Part shown: piece by piece, positions 28,095 through 38,029 of the stretch
Layout of the letters: each line of letters opens with the position of its first letter
Position numbering within the stretch: position 1 is the first letter of the stretch
Source of the DNA: Alphaproteobacteria bacterium
Lineage (GTDB): Bacteria > Pseudomonadota > Alphaproteobacteria > UBA828
Assembly (NCBI GenBank): GCA_965220745.1
Contig: CBDCQT010000013.1
Span: 352,001-416,000 of the forward strand
DNA length: 64,000 nt
Direction of reading: 5' to 3'
Notes under the pieces: generated by a model
Database searches by the model: none
What the model was told of the DNA's origin: nothing
Seen by the model: only the letters and a program-made list of their open reading frames with translations
Program-made: the position numbers and the translations under genes

Positions 28095-30470
28095 CTATGA
28101 CGCGCGGGCGGCACGCCTCCCACGCACGAGTTGCGACAGGAAAACCAGGCCGAGCAACGCGAGGCCGGCGGGATAGATCAGTTCCTTGGGCGGCAGGTCG
28201 GTCTGCTCCACGTCCACGCCCGTGACGTAATCGCCCCAGTCGATACCGGCCTGCTCCGCCATCCCGCTCCAGGCGAGGTCGACCACGGCGTAGCGGCCGT
28301 CCTCCTCACGCTCCAGCCCGACGCCGAAGGTCTCCGCCGGCGTCGTTGCCTGCTCCACCGGAGTCTCCAGCACGAACAGCTTGTAACGCTCGCCGTAGTC
28401 GGTCTCCCGCGTCACGTGCAGGCGGACCTGGCGGCCTGGCTCCGGCGTGAATGTGCTGGAGACGAAGGACTGGAATGCGACCGGCTCGAAGGGTGGCGCG
28501 ATATGGTCCATGAAGAAGCCGGGACGGAACAGCATGAAACAGGCCGCGGCGAGCAGAATCGCCTCGTACCATCGCACCTTGACGAACATCCAGCCTTGGG
28601 TGAGCGAGCTGAAGGCAAGGATCGCGAGCAGCGACATGACCGCGACCAGTGCCCCGTGCCAGATGCTCTCGACACCGATCAGCAGCAGCTCCGTGTTGAA
28701 CAGGAAGACCAGCGGCAGGATGGCCGTGCGGATGTCGTACATGAAAGACTGCACGCCGGTCCTCAGCGGATCCGCCCTCGATATGGCCGAGGCCGCGAAG
28801 GCGGCAAGGCAGACGGGTGGCGTCGAATCCGCCAGCAAGCCGTAATAAAAGACATAGAGGTGGATGGCGATCAGCGGCAAAACAAGACCCGCTGCATTGC
28901 CCAGCTCCACCAGCACGCCGGCCAGCAGCGAGGCGACCACGAGGTAGTTGGCGGTGGTCGGCAGGCCCATGCCGAGAATGATGCAGAGGATCGCGGTGAG
29001 TCCGAGCAGGATGTATACGTTGCCGCCGGCGATCGCTTCGACGACGCCCACCATGGCGTTGTTGAGACCGGTCGAGGAAACCGCGCCGACGATGATGCCG
29101 GCGGCGGCGACGGCAACCGCGATGCCCACCATGTTGCGCGCGCCCGCGACCATGCCGATGTAGATTTCGGTGAAGCCGTCGCGCACTGCTTCGCCCATCG
29201 GCTGGCCGCCACCACGGGCCGAGGCGATGATCCGTCTGACGACGATAATCACCATCACCGAGAGGATCGAATAGAAGACCGCGCTGTGCGCGCTCCAGCG
29301 CTCGACCATCAGCAGATAGACCAGAATGAAGATCGGTATCAGGTGGTGGGCGCCGCTGAGAAAGGTCTTCCGAAACGGCGGAATCTCGACCCGCGGTAGG
29401 CCCTTGAGTCCGAGTTTCTTGGCCTCCAGGTGGGAGATGTAGAGCAGCGCGAGATAACTGAGCACCGCGGGGATCGCTGCCGCCGCGACCACGTCGAAAT
29501 ACGATATGCCAATAAATTCGGCGATGATGAAGGCGGCCGCTCCCATGATTGGTGGCATGAGCTGACCGTTTGTCGACGCTGCGACCTCGATGGCGCCGGC
29601 CTTGACCGCGGGCATGCCGATCCGCCGCATGACGGGGATGGTGAAGGTCCCCGTCGTGACGACATTGGCGATCGACGAGCCGGAGACCATGCCGGTCATG
29701 CCCGACGCGAGAATTGCTGCCTTGGCCGGCCCGCCGGTAAAGCGTCCCACCATGGCGAAGGAAAGCGCGAGGAAGTACTGCCCGGCGCCTGCCTTGTCGA
29801 GCAGTGCGCCGAACAGCACGAACAGGAAAACGAAGCCGACCGAGACGCTGAGCGGAATGCCGAAGATCGCCTCGCCCGTGAGCCACTGATAGCCGATCAG
29901 CCGGTTCAGGCTGAGCCCCTTGTGCGAGATGACGTCCGGCATCGACTGGCCGAAGATCGAGTAGACGAGGAAGACCGCGCAAACGATGACCAGCGGTATC
30001 CCAATGGCGCGCCGCGTCGCGTCCAACAGCAACAGGATGCCGACGCCGCCCAGGATGGCTTCGACCGGAATGCCGTTCCAGACGTAGAGGAGACCGTGGC
30101 GGGAGACGAGGCCGTCCCAACCGAAGAACAGGTAGAGGGCCGCAACGCACCCGGCCAGCGCGCAGAGGATGTCCCAGGGCGGCAGTCCGCGCTCGCTCCA
30201 GCGGCGCGTCAGCGGGTACATCAGGAAGCAGAGCAGCAGCGCGAACGACAGGTGAATGCCGCGTGCCGGCACGTCACCGATAATGGCGAAATTGAACATG
30301 AAGGGCAGAGGCGAGGCGATCCACAGCTGGTAGACCGACCACAGGAAGCAAAGCAAACTTATGAGCAGTGCCAGGCGCGGCCCCTGCCGGCGCCCCTGGT
30401 ACTCGACCTTCTCCAGGGTTTTCTGAACATCGGCGGGCGTGGCCGCCGCGCTCGGCTCACTATCTGTCAC
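28095..30470 (-). CDS. TRAP transporter fused 4TM/12TM permease (TAXI type)
   Basis: GGPAKAA, SGSSIANVVTTG, GQLMPPIMGAAAF, LGMGLPTTANY, TPPVCLAAFAA; DUF3394-like C-terminus. Confidence 0.92.
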   Translation of the reverse strand: MTDSEPSAAATPADVQKTLEKVEYQGRRQGPRLALLISLLCFLWSVYQLWIASPLPFMFNFAIIGDVPARGIHLSFALLLCFLMYPLTRRWSERGLPPWDILCALAGCVAALYLFFGWDGLVSRHGLLYVWNGIPVEAILGGVGILLLLDATRRAIGIPLVIVCAVFLVYSIFGQSMPDVISHKGLSLNRLIGYQWLTGEAIFGIPLSVSVGFVFLFVLFGALLDKAGAGQYFLALSFAMVGRFTGGPAKAAILASGMTGMVSGSSIANVVTTGTFTIPVMRRIGMPAVKAGAIEVAASTNGQLMPPIMGAAAFIIAEFIGISYFDVVAAAAIPAVLSYLALLYISHLEAKKLGLKGLPRVEIPPFRKTFLSGAHHLIPIFILVYLLMVERWSAHSAVFYSILSVMVIIVVRRIIASARGGGQPMGEAVRDGFTEIYIGMVAGARNMVGIAVAVAAAGIIVGAVSSTGLNNAMVGVVEAIAGGNVYILLGLTAILCIILGMGLPTTANYLVVASLLAGVLVELGNAAGLVLPLIAIHLYVFYYGLLADSTPPVCLAAFAASAISRADPLRTGVQSFMYDIRTAILPLVFLFNTELLLIGVESIWHGALVAVMSLLAILAFSSLTQGWMFVKVRWYEAILLAAACFMLFRPGFFMDHIAPPFEPVAFQSFVSSTFTPEPGRQVRLHVTRETDYGERYKLFVLETPVEQATTPAETFGVGLEREEDGRYAVVDLAWSGMAEQAGIDWGDYVTGVDVEQTDLPPKELIYPAGLALLGLVFLSQLVRGRRAARAS

Positions 30471-30533
30471 GGGCGCCCCTGTCCGGCGCGTGCGCCCCTT
30501 AGCGTTGTACGCCTCGGGACAATCCGAAAGCGA

Positions 30534-30565
30534 ACGGCCGGCACCCGTTCAGGGGTGCCGGCCGT
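30534..30565 (-). terminator. Intercistronic stem-loop between the TAXI SBP and permease genes
   Basis: acggccggcaccc / gggtgccggccgt 13-bp perfect stem. Confidence 0.6.
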
Positions 30566-30582
30566 CATGATCGCGGGGGCTG

Positions 30583-31581
30583 CTACCAGCCCTGTTCCGC
30601 GTAGTACTTGGCAGCACCCGCATGAAGCGGTGCGGACAGACCATTCTTGATCATGTTCGCGGGATTGAGGTTGGCGAAGGCGGGATGCAGCGACCTGAAG
30701 TCGTCCAGGTTCTCCATTACCGCGCGGGTGACCTCGTAGACGACATCTTCGGGCACGTTCTCGTGGCTGACGAAGGTCGCCATCACGCCAAAGGTCGTCA
30801 CATCGGCGGCCGTGGTCTTGTAGGTGCCGGCCGGGATGGTCGTGAAGGCGTAGTAGGGATTGTCCGCCACCAGCTTTTGCTCGACCTCGCCGTTGAGGTT
30901 GGCGATATAGGCACCGCAGCCGTCAGTCGCCACAGACACGCCGGCATTGGGCACGCCGACCGTGTAGCCGTAGGCGTCGATCTTGCCGTCGCAGAGTGCC
31001 TGCGACTGCTCGGTCGAGGTTAGCTCGGTCGCCGCCGCGAAGTCGTCGGTGGTCATGCCGTAGCCTTCCATCAACACCTCGGTCGTGCCGCGCTGGCCCG
31101 AGCCGGGGTTGCCGATGTTCATCCTCTTGCCCTTGGTATCGGTGAAGGAGCCGATGCCTGAACCTTCGGCGGCGATCAGGTGGAAGGGCTCGCCGTGCAC
31201 GGAGAAGACCGCGCGCAGACCGGGGCAGTTCGTGACCTTTTCGGAACTGCCGTTGACCGCATGGAACTGCCAGTCAGATTGGGCGACGCCAAAGTCGAGT
31301 TCGCCCTGGCAGATCTGGCCGATGTTGTAGGTGGAGCCGCCGGTCGACGGTGCCGCGCAGCGGATGCCGTGCTTGCGGCCCGACTTGCGGCCCTCGGCGG
31401 CCTCCTTGTGGACCATGCGACAGACCGAGTTGCCGACCACGAAATAAACGCCGGTCGGGCCACCGGTCCCGATGGAAATGAACTTCTTCTCCTGCGCGCT
31501 CGCCTCGTCGGCAGCGCTGAAGGTCGCGCCCATGAGGGCGACGGCGGCCAGCGCGCATGTGGTGAGTCTGAGTATCTTCAT
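30583..31581 (-). CDS. TAXI-family TRAP solute-binding protein
   Basis: Signal peptide; ISIGTGGPTGVYF, STGGSTYNI, NIGNPGSGQRGT, PLHAGAAKYY; GGAGG RBS before ATG 31581. Confidence 0.92.
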   Translation of the reverse strand: MKILRLTTCALAAVALMGATFSAADEASAQEKKFISIGTGGPTGVYFVVGNSVCRMVHKEAAEGRKSGRKHGIRCAAPSTGGSTYNIGQICQGELDFGVAQSDWQFHAVNGSSEKVTNCPGLRAVFSVHGEPFHLIAAEGSGIGSFTDTKGKRMNIGNPGSGQRGTTEVLMEGYGMTTDDFAAATELTSTEQSQALCDGKIDAYGYTVGVPNAGVSVATDGCGAYIANLNGEVEQKLVADNPYYAFTTIPAGTYKTTAADVTTFGVMATFVSHENVPEDVVYEVTRAVMENLDDFRSLHPAFANLNPANMIKNGLSAPLHAGAAKYYAEQGW

Positions 31582-31673
31582 GATCTGTCCTCCCAGTGAG
31601 TTCGATGTCCTTACATTATACGTCAAAGTTGACCAGGTACATGATGGTGGTTCGCGGGTCGAACCGATTCGGC

Positions 31674-32813
31674 TCATCCTGCTATGAAGGCGCGGAAGCG
31701 CCGCGCCACGTCGCGGGGCGATATCGTGGGCCGGCCCAGTTCGGCGAGGGAGCCGGGCGCGATTTTCGCATGGACCAGCACCGGCCTTAGGTCGTCGGCG
31801 ATAGCAGCCGACAGAGCTTGGGCGAAGCCCGCTTCGGTGTCGCAGCGGTAGGCCCTGGGATAGCTGCAGGCTTGGGCGATGGCGGCGAAATCGACGTTGG
31901 GGGCGACGGTGGCCTGCCCACCCGTCGAATCGTGCACGCCGTTGTCGAGCAGGACATGGATCAGATTAGCGGGGGCGTGGGTGCCGATGGTCGCCATCGT
32001 TCCGAGCTTCATCAGCGCCGCGCCGTCGCCGTCCAGCACTAGTACCGGCCGCGTCGAGTTGAGCGCGACGCCGAGGCCCATTGCCGAGGCGCAGCCCATC
32101 GAGCCCACCTGGTAGAGCTGCTGCGGACGATCTTCGAGAGTGAACAACTCTCGTCCGGTCTTGCCGGTGGTCGCGACCACCGCAGCTTCCGCCGGCACGA
32201 GTGTCTGAACGCAGCGCAGGAGATCGATCCGCGTCGGACGCTCGCCGCCCTCGCGCAGGTCTTCGATCCGGCCGCGCGGGCGGATGGGCTGGTCCGGCTG
32301 ATCGAGGCCGTCATCACGCACGCTGCCCTTCTCCATGATCAGCGCGAAGGGAAGCTCATCGCTTGCCATGGCCTGCTCGGCCCGGTCGAGCGTCGTCGTT
32401 ACGTCGTCGGCCTTCCTGGGGAAGCCGGCATGGCCTATGGCGATGGTATCCAGGAGCGATCCCATCACCTCGCCCATGAGCTCATGCTGCGGTTCATCAC
32501 TCAGCCCCGGCTGCCCCCGCCAGGTGACGATCAAGAGCGTCGGAATGCGGAAGGGATGGTTGAGCGAGGTCAGAGGGTTGACGGTGTTTCCGAGACCGGA
32601 ATTCTGGCACATCACGACTGTTCGTTTGCCCGCGAGCCAGGCGCCTGCCGCCACCGCCACGGCCTCGCCCTCGCTCGTCGCGCCCACGTAGTTGAGTGCC
32701 GGGTCGGAAATCACCCGGTTGATCAACGGGGTGAGGAATGAGCAAGGAACGCCGGTATAGAACGAAAACCCGCGTTCCTGCGCGGGCTCGAGAAAGGCGT
32801 CGGCCGCGATCAT
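31674..32813 (-). CDS. aepY: Phosphonopyruvate decarboxylase-like ThDP enzyme (fused alpha/beta; sulfopyruvate decarboxylase not excluded)
   Basis: GVPCSFL, SEGEAVAVAAGAWLAG, QNSGLGNTVNPLTSL, WRGQPG.DEPQH, GSMGCA, DGDGAALM, HDSTGGQ. Confidence 0.75.
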   Translation of the reverse strand: MIAADAFLEPAQERGFSFYTGVPCSFLTPLINRVISDPALNYVGATSEGEAVAVAAGAWLAGKRTVVMCQNSGLGNTVNPLTSLNHPFRIPTLLIVTWRGQPGLSDEPQHELMGEVMGSLLDTIAIGHAGFPRKADDVTTTLDRAEQAMASDELPFALIMEKGSVRDDGLDQPDQPIRPRGRIEDLREGGERPTRIDLLRCVQTLVPAEAAVVATTGKTGRELFTLEDRPQQLYQVGSMGCASAMGLGVALNSTRPVLVLDGDGAALMKLGTMATIGTHAPANLIHVLLDNGVHDSTGGQATVAPNVDFAAIAQACSYPRAYRCDTEAGFAQALSAAIADDLRPVLVHAKIAPGSLAELGRPTISPRDVARRFRAFIAG

Positions 32814-32844
32814 TCGGGTGTCTCCGGTCTCGAGCGATTGGGGG

Positions 32845-32913
32845 ATGATAGACTCTCACGCTGCTCAGAGGCACAGGTTGGCGGCCTTTGGCGATTACGT
32901 CGAATATCACTGA
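32845..32913 (+). pseudogene. higB: Internally deleted higB toxin remnant (22-codon mini-ORF)
   Basis: MIDSHAAQRHRLAAFGDYVEYH*: HigB-like MIxS start and DYxxYH-stop end, with the stop directly before the higA RBS (tgaggag). Confidence 0.55.
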
Positions 32914-32924
32914 GGAGACGGGGC

Positions 32925-33212
32925 ATGGCGATGCACAATCCGCCGCATCCGGGAGGGATCGTGAAGCGGCAATGTCTGGAGCCACTGGGGCTAAGCGTGA
33001 CACGGGCTGCTCAGGGACTTGGGGTCACACGCCAAGCACTGTCCGAACTGATTAACGAGCGCACGGGCGTTTCAGTCGATATGGCAATACGGCTGTCGAA
33101 GGCGTTCGGCTCCACACCCGAGACCTGGCTTGGGATGCAAATGGCTTATGATCTTTGGCAGGCCCGCGACCGCGCTCAGCGAATTAATGTAGAGCGCTTT
33201 GCAGCGACCTGA
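32925..33212 (+). CDS. higA: HigA-family addiction module antitoxin (XRE HTH)
   Basis: MHNPPHPG, LGLSVTRAAQGLGVTRQALSELIN, MAIRLSKAFGSTPETWLGMQMAYDLWQA. Confidence 0.92.
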   Translation: MAMHNPPHPGGIVKRQCLEPLGLSVTRAAQGLGVTRQALSELINERTGVSVDMAIRLSKAFGSTPETWLGMQMAYDLWQARDRAQRINVERFAAT

Positions 33213-33298
33213 TGGCCCGGCATCCTCCTTTAGCATCGTCTGTAGGACAGGGACGCCACCATTGACAGGCGCCTACGTTCGATAGACGGTCGGGAGCG

Positions 33299-33949
33299 TT
33301 GGTCTGGGCGCGTTGCGCCCGCGCGGGCCGCCGCCACGACCCAGGAGTCGACCGGTTGCGCCGCTATCTGCTCCTCTACCGATTCCTGATCGTCAACATC
33401 GTGGGCGCGGCGCTGCTCGGGCTCGCGGGCGCCCAAGGCTGGATCGCGCGCATTGCCGAGGCAGACCCCACCGGCCTCGTCTTTGTGATCTTCGGCGTCT
33501 TCGCGGTCGGCCTCGCGCTCTGTGGTTACCGTCTGTTCAAGACAAGCGCAGTCCTCAACAGGCTGGAAGAAGGCGAAACGGTCGACCTTCCCGCCGACTG
33601 GACCAGTCCGTCCGTCCGCCCGGAGCTGATGGCCGAGGCGCTCAAGGCGCGGCTCTTCAGCCGTATCGCGGTGGTGCGGCAGATCGCGGCCGCGCTGGTG
33701 GTGCTCGGGCTGATCGGCACGGTGGCGGGCTTCATCATCGCGCTCTCCGGTGTCTCGGCGGAGGAAGCCGGCACCCTCGCCGCCGTGCAGCCGATGATCT
33801 CGACCCTCATCAGCGGCATGTCGGTCGCGCTCTACACGACCCTCGAAGGCGCCGTTCTGGGCCTCTGGCTCACCGTCAACTACCGTATGCTGGCAACCGG
33901 CACCTCCACCCTCTACAGCGAGCTCCTTGCGGCCAATGGACGAGTTTGA
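33299..33949 (+). CDS. MotA/TolQ/ExbB proton-channel family protein
   Basis: LGLIGTVAGFIIAL...SGMSVALYTTLEGAVLG channel helices; start uncertain. Confidence 0.85.
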   Translation: MVWARCARAGRRHDPGVDRLRRYLLLYRFLIVNIVGAALLGLAGAQGWIARIAEADPTGLVFVIFGVFAVGLALCGYRLFKTSAVLNRLEEGETVDLPADWTSPSVRPELMAEALKARLFSRIAVVRQIAAALVVLGLIGTVAGFIIALSGVSAEEAGTLAAVQPMISTLISGMSVALYTTLEGAVLGLWLTVNYRMLATGTSTLYSELLAANGRV

Positions 33950-34580
33950 CGACGACAGCGGCACGATCTTTCGCGACGTCACGCTGCTCGCGCTCGCCGC
34001 TTTCGTTGCGATGGTGCTCATGCTGTTGCCGTTCCTCAACACAGGTGCGGAGGTCGAGAGCGAGACCGATGGGATCAGCGATCCGGGCAACGTAATCATC
34101 GAGCTCCTGTGGGCGTCGGACCGAGACGCCGACATCGATCTTTGGGTCAAGGCGCCGGAGCGGGCGCCGGTGGGCTTCCCCAACAAGGGCAACGAGGTGG
34201 TCAACCTATTGCGCGACGATCTCGGCCTGTTTCAAGACCTTACCGACATCAATTACGAGATTGTCTACAGTCGCGGCATCGTGGCAGGCGAATGGATCGT
34301 CAACGTTCAGGCCTACCGGCTTGAGGACCCGATCCAGCCGACGCCGGTCGCAGTTCAGGTGGTCGTTAGCGTCAAGCGCGAGGGTGAGGACAGGCCGACT
34401 CCGATCTTGAAGAAGGAGGTCGAGCTGCGCTTCCTCCGCCACGAGCTGACCGTGTTCCGCTTCGCACTGACCGGCAAGGGTGCGCTCGTGCACGGCAGCG
34501 TCAACGACGTCAAACACTCCCTCATTATGGAGTACGCTCGGGCCCACAACCGTCTGCTCGAGGGGCGGCCGGGTGGATAG
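33936..34580 (+). CDS. Single-TM ExbD/MotB-like partner with a YfaP/DUF2135-like periplasmic domain
   Basis: FRDVTLLALAAFVAMVLMLL (Asp at the start of the TM helix); IELLW..DADIDLWV, LLRDDLG, NYE, GEWIVNVQAY; overlaps the motA-like stop. Confidence 0.7.
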   Translation: MDEFDDDSGTIFRDVTLLALAAFVAMVLMLLPFLNTGAEVESETDGISDPGNVIIELLWASDRDADIDLWVKAPERAPVGFPNKGNEVVNLLRDDLGLFQDLTDINYEIVYSRGIVAGEWIVNVQAYRLEDPIQPTPVAVQVVVSVKREGEDRPTPILKKEVELRFLRHELTVFRFALTGKGALVHGSVNDVKHSLIMEYARAHNRLLEGRPGG

Positions 34581-35085
34581 TTTCGCCTATCTCTATGTCG
34601 CCCTTGCGCTGGTGGGAGCCGCGCTCGCCAGCATCGCGGTCTGGTCCAGGCGCAGGGCGCAGTGGAAGGCCGTTGCCGTCGGCCTGCTCGCCGCCCTCGT
34701 CGTGATCGGTTATTTCAGCTATTCCATGCTGCTCTCACGGCCGAAGCCGCTTTCTCTGGACATGATGGACGTGTCCGGAGCGCATGTGCTTTCGGCCGCA
34801 CTGCGCGAGGACGAGGCGATCTATCTCTGGCTTTCCGTCGAGGGGACGCCCCGCTTCTATGCGTTGCCGTGGGACCAGGCGGCGGCCCAGCGGCTCCAGT
34901 CGGTCATGCGCGAGACGCGGCGCTCTGGTCACGATGTGGTAATCCAGAGGGCGGAAGAGGGCAGCGACGTGGACGCACCGGAGGAGGAAGCGACGGGGGC
35001 CAACAACTTCTACGCGGTGCCCCCGCCACTCCTGCTGCCGACGAAGCGGCTCCACGCCATCCGCGGTCCTGCGGGCGAGATGTGA
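34573..35085 (+). CDS. Hypothetical membrane protein (2 N-terminal TM helices)
   Basis: GTG 34573 overlaps the upstream gene; two hydrophobic segments, then LSRPKP, AIYLWL, PRFYALPW. Confidence 0.65.
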   Translation: MDSFAYLYVALALVGAALASIAVWSRRRAQWKAVAVGLLAALVVIGYFSYSMLLSRPKPLSLDMMDVSGAHVLSAALREDEAIYLWLSVEGTPRFYALPWDQAAAQRLQSVMRETRRSGHDVVIQRAEEGSDVDAPEEEATGANNFYAVPPPLLLPTKRLHAIRGPAGEM

Positions 35086-36278
35086 ACGTGAGCACCAGCA
35101 ACGCTACTGCGCCGGCCATGCCCCGCGCAGCCGCGCCCTACGCCTCGTTTCCCCAGAGGAGCCGCGGGCGTCTCTACCCAGAACCGGAAAGCCGCACGCG
35201 GACGGCCTTCCAACGCGACCGCGACCGCATCATCCATTGCGCGGCCTTCCGCCGGCTTCAGCACAAGACGCAAGTCTTCGTCTATCACGAGGGAGATCAC
35301 TACCGCACGCGCCTCACCCACAGCCTGGAGGTGGCGCAGATCGCGCGCTCGATCAGCCGTGTTCTCAGGGTGGACGAGGATCTCGCCGAGGTGCTGGCGC
35401 TTGCGCACGATCTCGGGCACCCGCCCTTCGGCCATGCGGGCGAGAGCGCGCTCGACCAGGCGATGAAACCCTACGGCGGTTTCGATCACAACGCGCAGAC
35501 CATGCGCATCCTTACCGCGCTGGAGCAGCGCTATAACGACTTCGACGGTCTGAACCTCACCTGGGAGACCCTGGAAGGGGTGGCGAAGCACAATGGTCCG
35601 CGCCTGGAGGAAGCGACCCCCGGTGCCATCGAGGCCTATTCGGCCCGGCACGACCTTGAGCTTCGCACCCACGCCGGCCTGGAGGCTCAGATCGCGGCGC
35701 TGGCAGACGACATCGCCTACAACAATCACGACGTGGACGACGGGCTGCGCGCGGGCCTCTTCACCGTCGAGGATCTGAAGGACGTCCCCCTGGTCGGCGA
35801 AATACTGGATGAGGTCGCCACCGATCACCCGTGCGGCGAGGAGAGCCGCCGGATTCACGAGACGGTTCGGCGCATGATCGGCGCCATGGTCGAAGACGTG
35901 ATTGATGCCAGCCGGCAACGCCTGGAGGAGGTCGGGCCGGCCAATGTCGAGGCCGTGCGCAGCCACGGTGCCCCGCTGATCGCTTTTTCCGACACCATGC
36001 AAGCCCACGGCGAGGGGTTGAAGGCGTTCCTGCGCGAGCGCATGTATCGACATCACAGGGTCAACCGGATGGCCAGCAAGGCACGCAGGACGGTGGGCGA
36101 GCTGTTCGAGCTCTTCATCGACGAGCCGCAATGCCTGCCTGAGGAGTGGCGGGCCCGCTGCGACGGACCGCGAACGCTGAGCACGGCGCGCGTGGTTGCC
36201 GACTACGTCGCGGGGATGACGGATCGCTTCGCCATTCAGGAACATCGCAATCTCTTCGATACGGTGCTGTGGAGATGA
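35082..36278 (+). CDS. dgt: Deoxyguanosinetriphosphate triphosphohydrolase
   Basis: [65 protein letters not shown]. Start 35082, 35088 or 35118. Confidence 0.93.
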   Translation: MNVSTSNATAPAMPRAAAPYASFPQRSRGRLYPEPESRTRTAFQRDRDRIIHCAAFRRLQHKTQVFVYHEGDHYRTRLTHSLEVAQIARSISRVLRVDEDLAEVLALAHDLGHPPFGHAGESALDQAMKPYGGFDHNAQTMRILTALEQRYNDFDGLNLTWETLEGVAKHNGPRLEEATPGAIEAYSARHDLELRTHAGLEAQIAALADDIAYNNHDVDDGLRAGLFTVEDLKDVPLVGEILDEVATDHPCGEESRRIHETVRRMIGAMVEDVIDASRQRLEEVGPANVEAVRSHGAPLIAFSDTMQAHGEGLKAFLRERMYRHHRVNRMASKARRTVGELFELFIDEPQCLPEEWRARCDGPRTLSTARVVADYVAGMTDRFAIQEHRNLFDTVLWR

Positions 36279-38029
36279 ATGTTTTCAGTCACTTGTCAGA
36301 GATGATTCATAAAGAAATAGAGGAGTTGTGCGATGCCGGCGCGTTGCCCGCCGGGATCGATCTCTCGGCAGTCCAGGTGGAGCCGCCGCGCGAGGCGGAG
36401 CACGGCGACGCGGCCTGCAACGCGGCGCTGGTGCTGGCCAAGCAGGCGCGACGAAAGCCGCGCGAGATCGCAGAGCATCTGGCGGAGCGGTTGCAAGAGC
36501 ACGTGGAAGTTCGCTCGGTCGAGATTGCCGGTCCCGGCTTCGTCAATCTGCGGCTGACGGACGATTTCTGGTGGGCGCGGTTGGCCGAGCTTCTCGCCAC
36601 TGGGCCTGGGTACGGCGCCAATGACCTGGGTCAAGGGCAGCGCATCAACGTGGAATATGTTTCCGCCAACCCCACCGGGCCGCTCCACGTCGGCCATGCC
36701 AGAGGGGCGGTGGTGGGCGACGCGCTTGCCAATCTGCTCGCCCATATGGGCTTTTCCGTGACGCGGGAATACTACGTGAACGATGCCGGTGCGCAGGTAG
36801 ACACCCTCGCTCGCTCCGTCCATGCCCGCTACCGCGAGGCATGCGGGGAGGCAATCGGGAAAATCCCCGAAGGGCTCTATCCGGGGGACTATCTGGTGCC
36901 TGTGGGCGAGACGCTTGCGGCCCGCGACGGCCGGCGTTGGCTGGCGGAGCCGGAGGCGGTCTGGCTGCCGGAGGTTCGCAGCTTCGCCATCAAGGCTATG
37001 ATGGACCTCGTGCGCGAAGACCTCGACGCACTCGGGGTGCGGCATGATCTCTTCCGCTCGGAGCGCGCGCTGGTCGGTGAGGGTCGGGTCGACGACTCGT
37101 ACGCGGCACTGGAGGGCGCCGGGCTCATTTACAGTGGCGTGCTGGAGCCGCCCAAGGGCAAACGTGACGAGGATTGGGAGCCGCGCGAGCAGAGCCTTTT
37201 CCGTGCTACCAAATTCGGCGATGACACGGACCGGCCGCTCAAGAAATCGGACGGCACCTGGACCTATTTCGCCACCGATATCGCCTATCACCGCGACAAG
37301 ATCGAGCGGGGCTTCGCCGACCTGATCGACGTGTGGGGGGCCGACCACGGCGGCTACGTCAAGCGGATGAAGGCCGCCGTTGCGGCGATTTCCGACGATT
37401 CGGCGACTCTCGACGTCAAGATCTGCCAGATGGTGAAGCTGCTCGACGACGGTGAGCCCGTGGCGATGTCGAAGCGCGCCGGGCGCTTCGTGACGCTGCG
37501 CGATGTCGTCGACGAGGTCGGTCGCGATGTCGTTCGCTTCATCATGCTCACCCGCCGCAACGACGCCCCGCTTGAGTTCGACCTTCGCAAGGTCCTGGAG
37601 CAGTCGCGCGACAACCCGGTTTTCTACGTCCAGTACGCCCACGCCAGGGCGTGTTCGGCATTGCGACGCGGGGCCGAGGTCGTGCCGGAGAACGAGCTCA
37701 CGCCTGCCGCGCTCGCTTCCGCCGATCTTACGTGCCTGGACGACCCGGCCGAGCTTGATCTGATCCGGCGGCTCTGCCAGTGGCCTCGGGTGTTGGCGAG
37801 CGCCGCTATAGCGCATGAACCGCACCGGATCGCCTATCATCTGCAAGAGCTTGCGGGCGCCTTCCATCTGCTCTGGACCAGAGGGAAGGACGACGCGCGG
37901 CTGCGCTTCGTCGATGCGGAGCGACCGTCGGAGACGCGCGCGCGCCTTGCGTTGATCAGCGGCGTCAGGATCGTTATTGCGGAGGGGCTGGCGCTGTTCG
38001 GAGTCGAGCCGGTACAGGAGATGCGATGA
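36275..38029 (+). CDS. argS: Arginine--tRNA ligase
   Basis: [26 protein letters not shown] (HIGH), [22 protein letters not shown]. Confidence 0.96.
   Translation: MNVFSHLSEMIHKEIEELCDAGALPAGIDLSAVQVEPPREAEHGDAACNAALVLAKQARRKPREIAEHLAERLQEHVEVRSVEIAGPGFVNLRLTDDFWWARLAELLATGPGYGANDLGQGQRINVEYVSANPTGPLHVGHARGAVVGDALANLLAHMGFSVTREYYVNDAGAQVDTLARSVHARYREACGEAIGKIPEGLYPGDYLVPVGETLAARDGRRWLAEPEAVWLPEVRSFAIKAMMDLVREDLDALGVRHDLFRSERALVGEGRVDDSYAALEGAGLIYSGVLEPPKGKRDEDWEPREQSLFRATKFGDDTDRPLKKSDGTWTYFATDIAYHRDKIERGFADLIDVWGADHGGYVKRMKAAVAAISDDSATLDVKICQMVKLLDDGEPVAMSKRAGRFVTLRDVVDEVGRDVVRFIMLTRRNDAPLEFDLRKVLEQSRDNPVFYVQYAHARACSALRRGAEVVPENELTPAALASADLTCLDDPAELDLIRRLCQWPRVLASAAIAHEPHRIAYHLQELAGAFHLLWTRGKDDARLRFVDAERPSETRARLALISGVRIVIAEGLALFGVEPVQEMR

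Noticed and set aside
33299-34580. Canonical Zorya (zorAB) defence system
   Set aside because: The A subunit lacks the long cytoplasmic tail, the B subunit lacks an OmpA-like domain, and zorC/D/E are absent.
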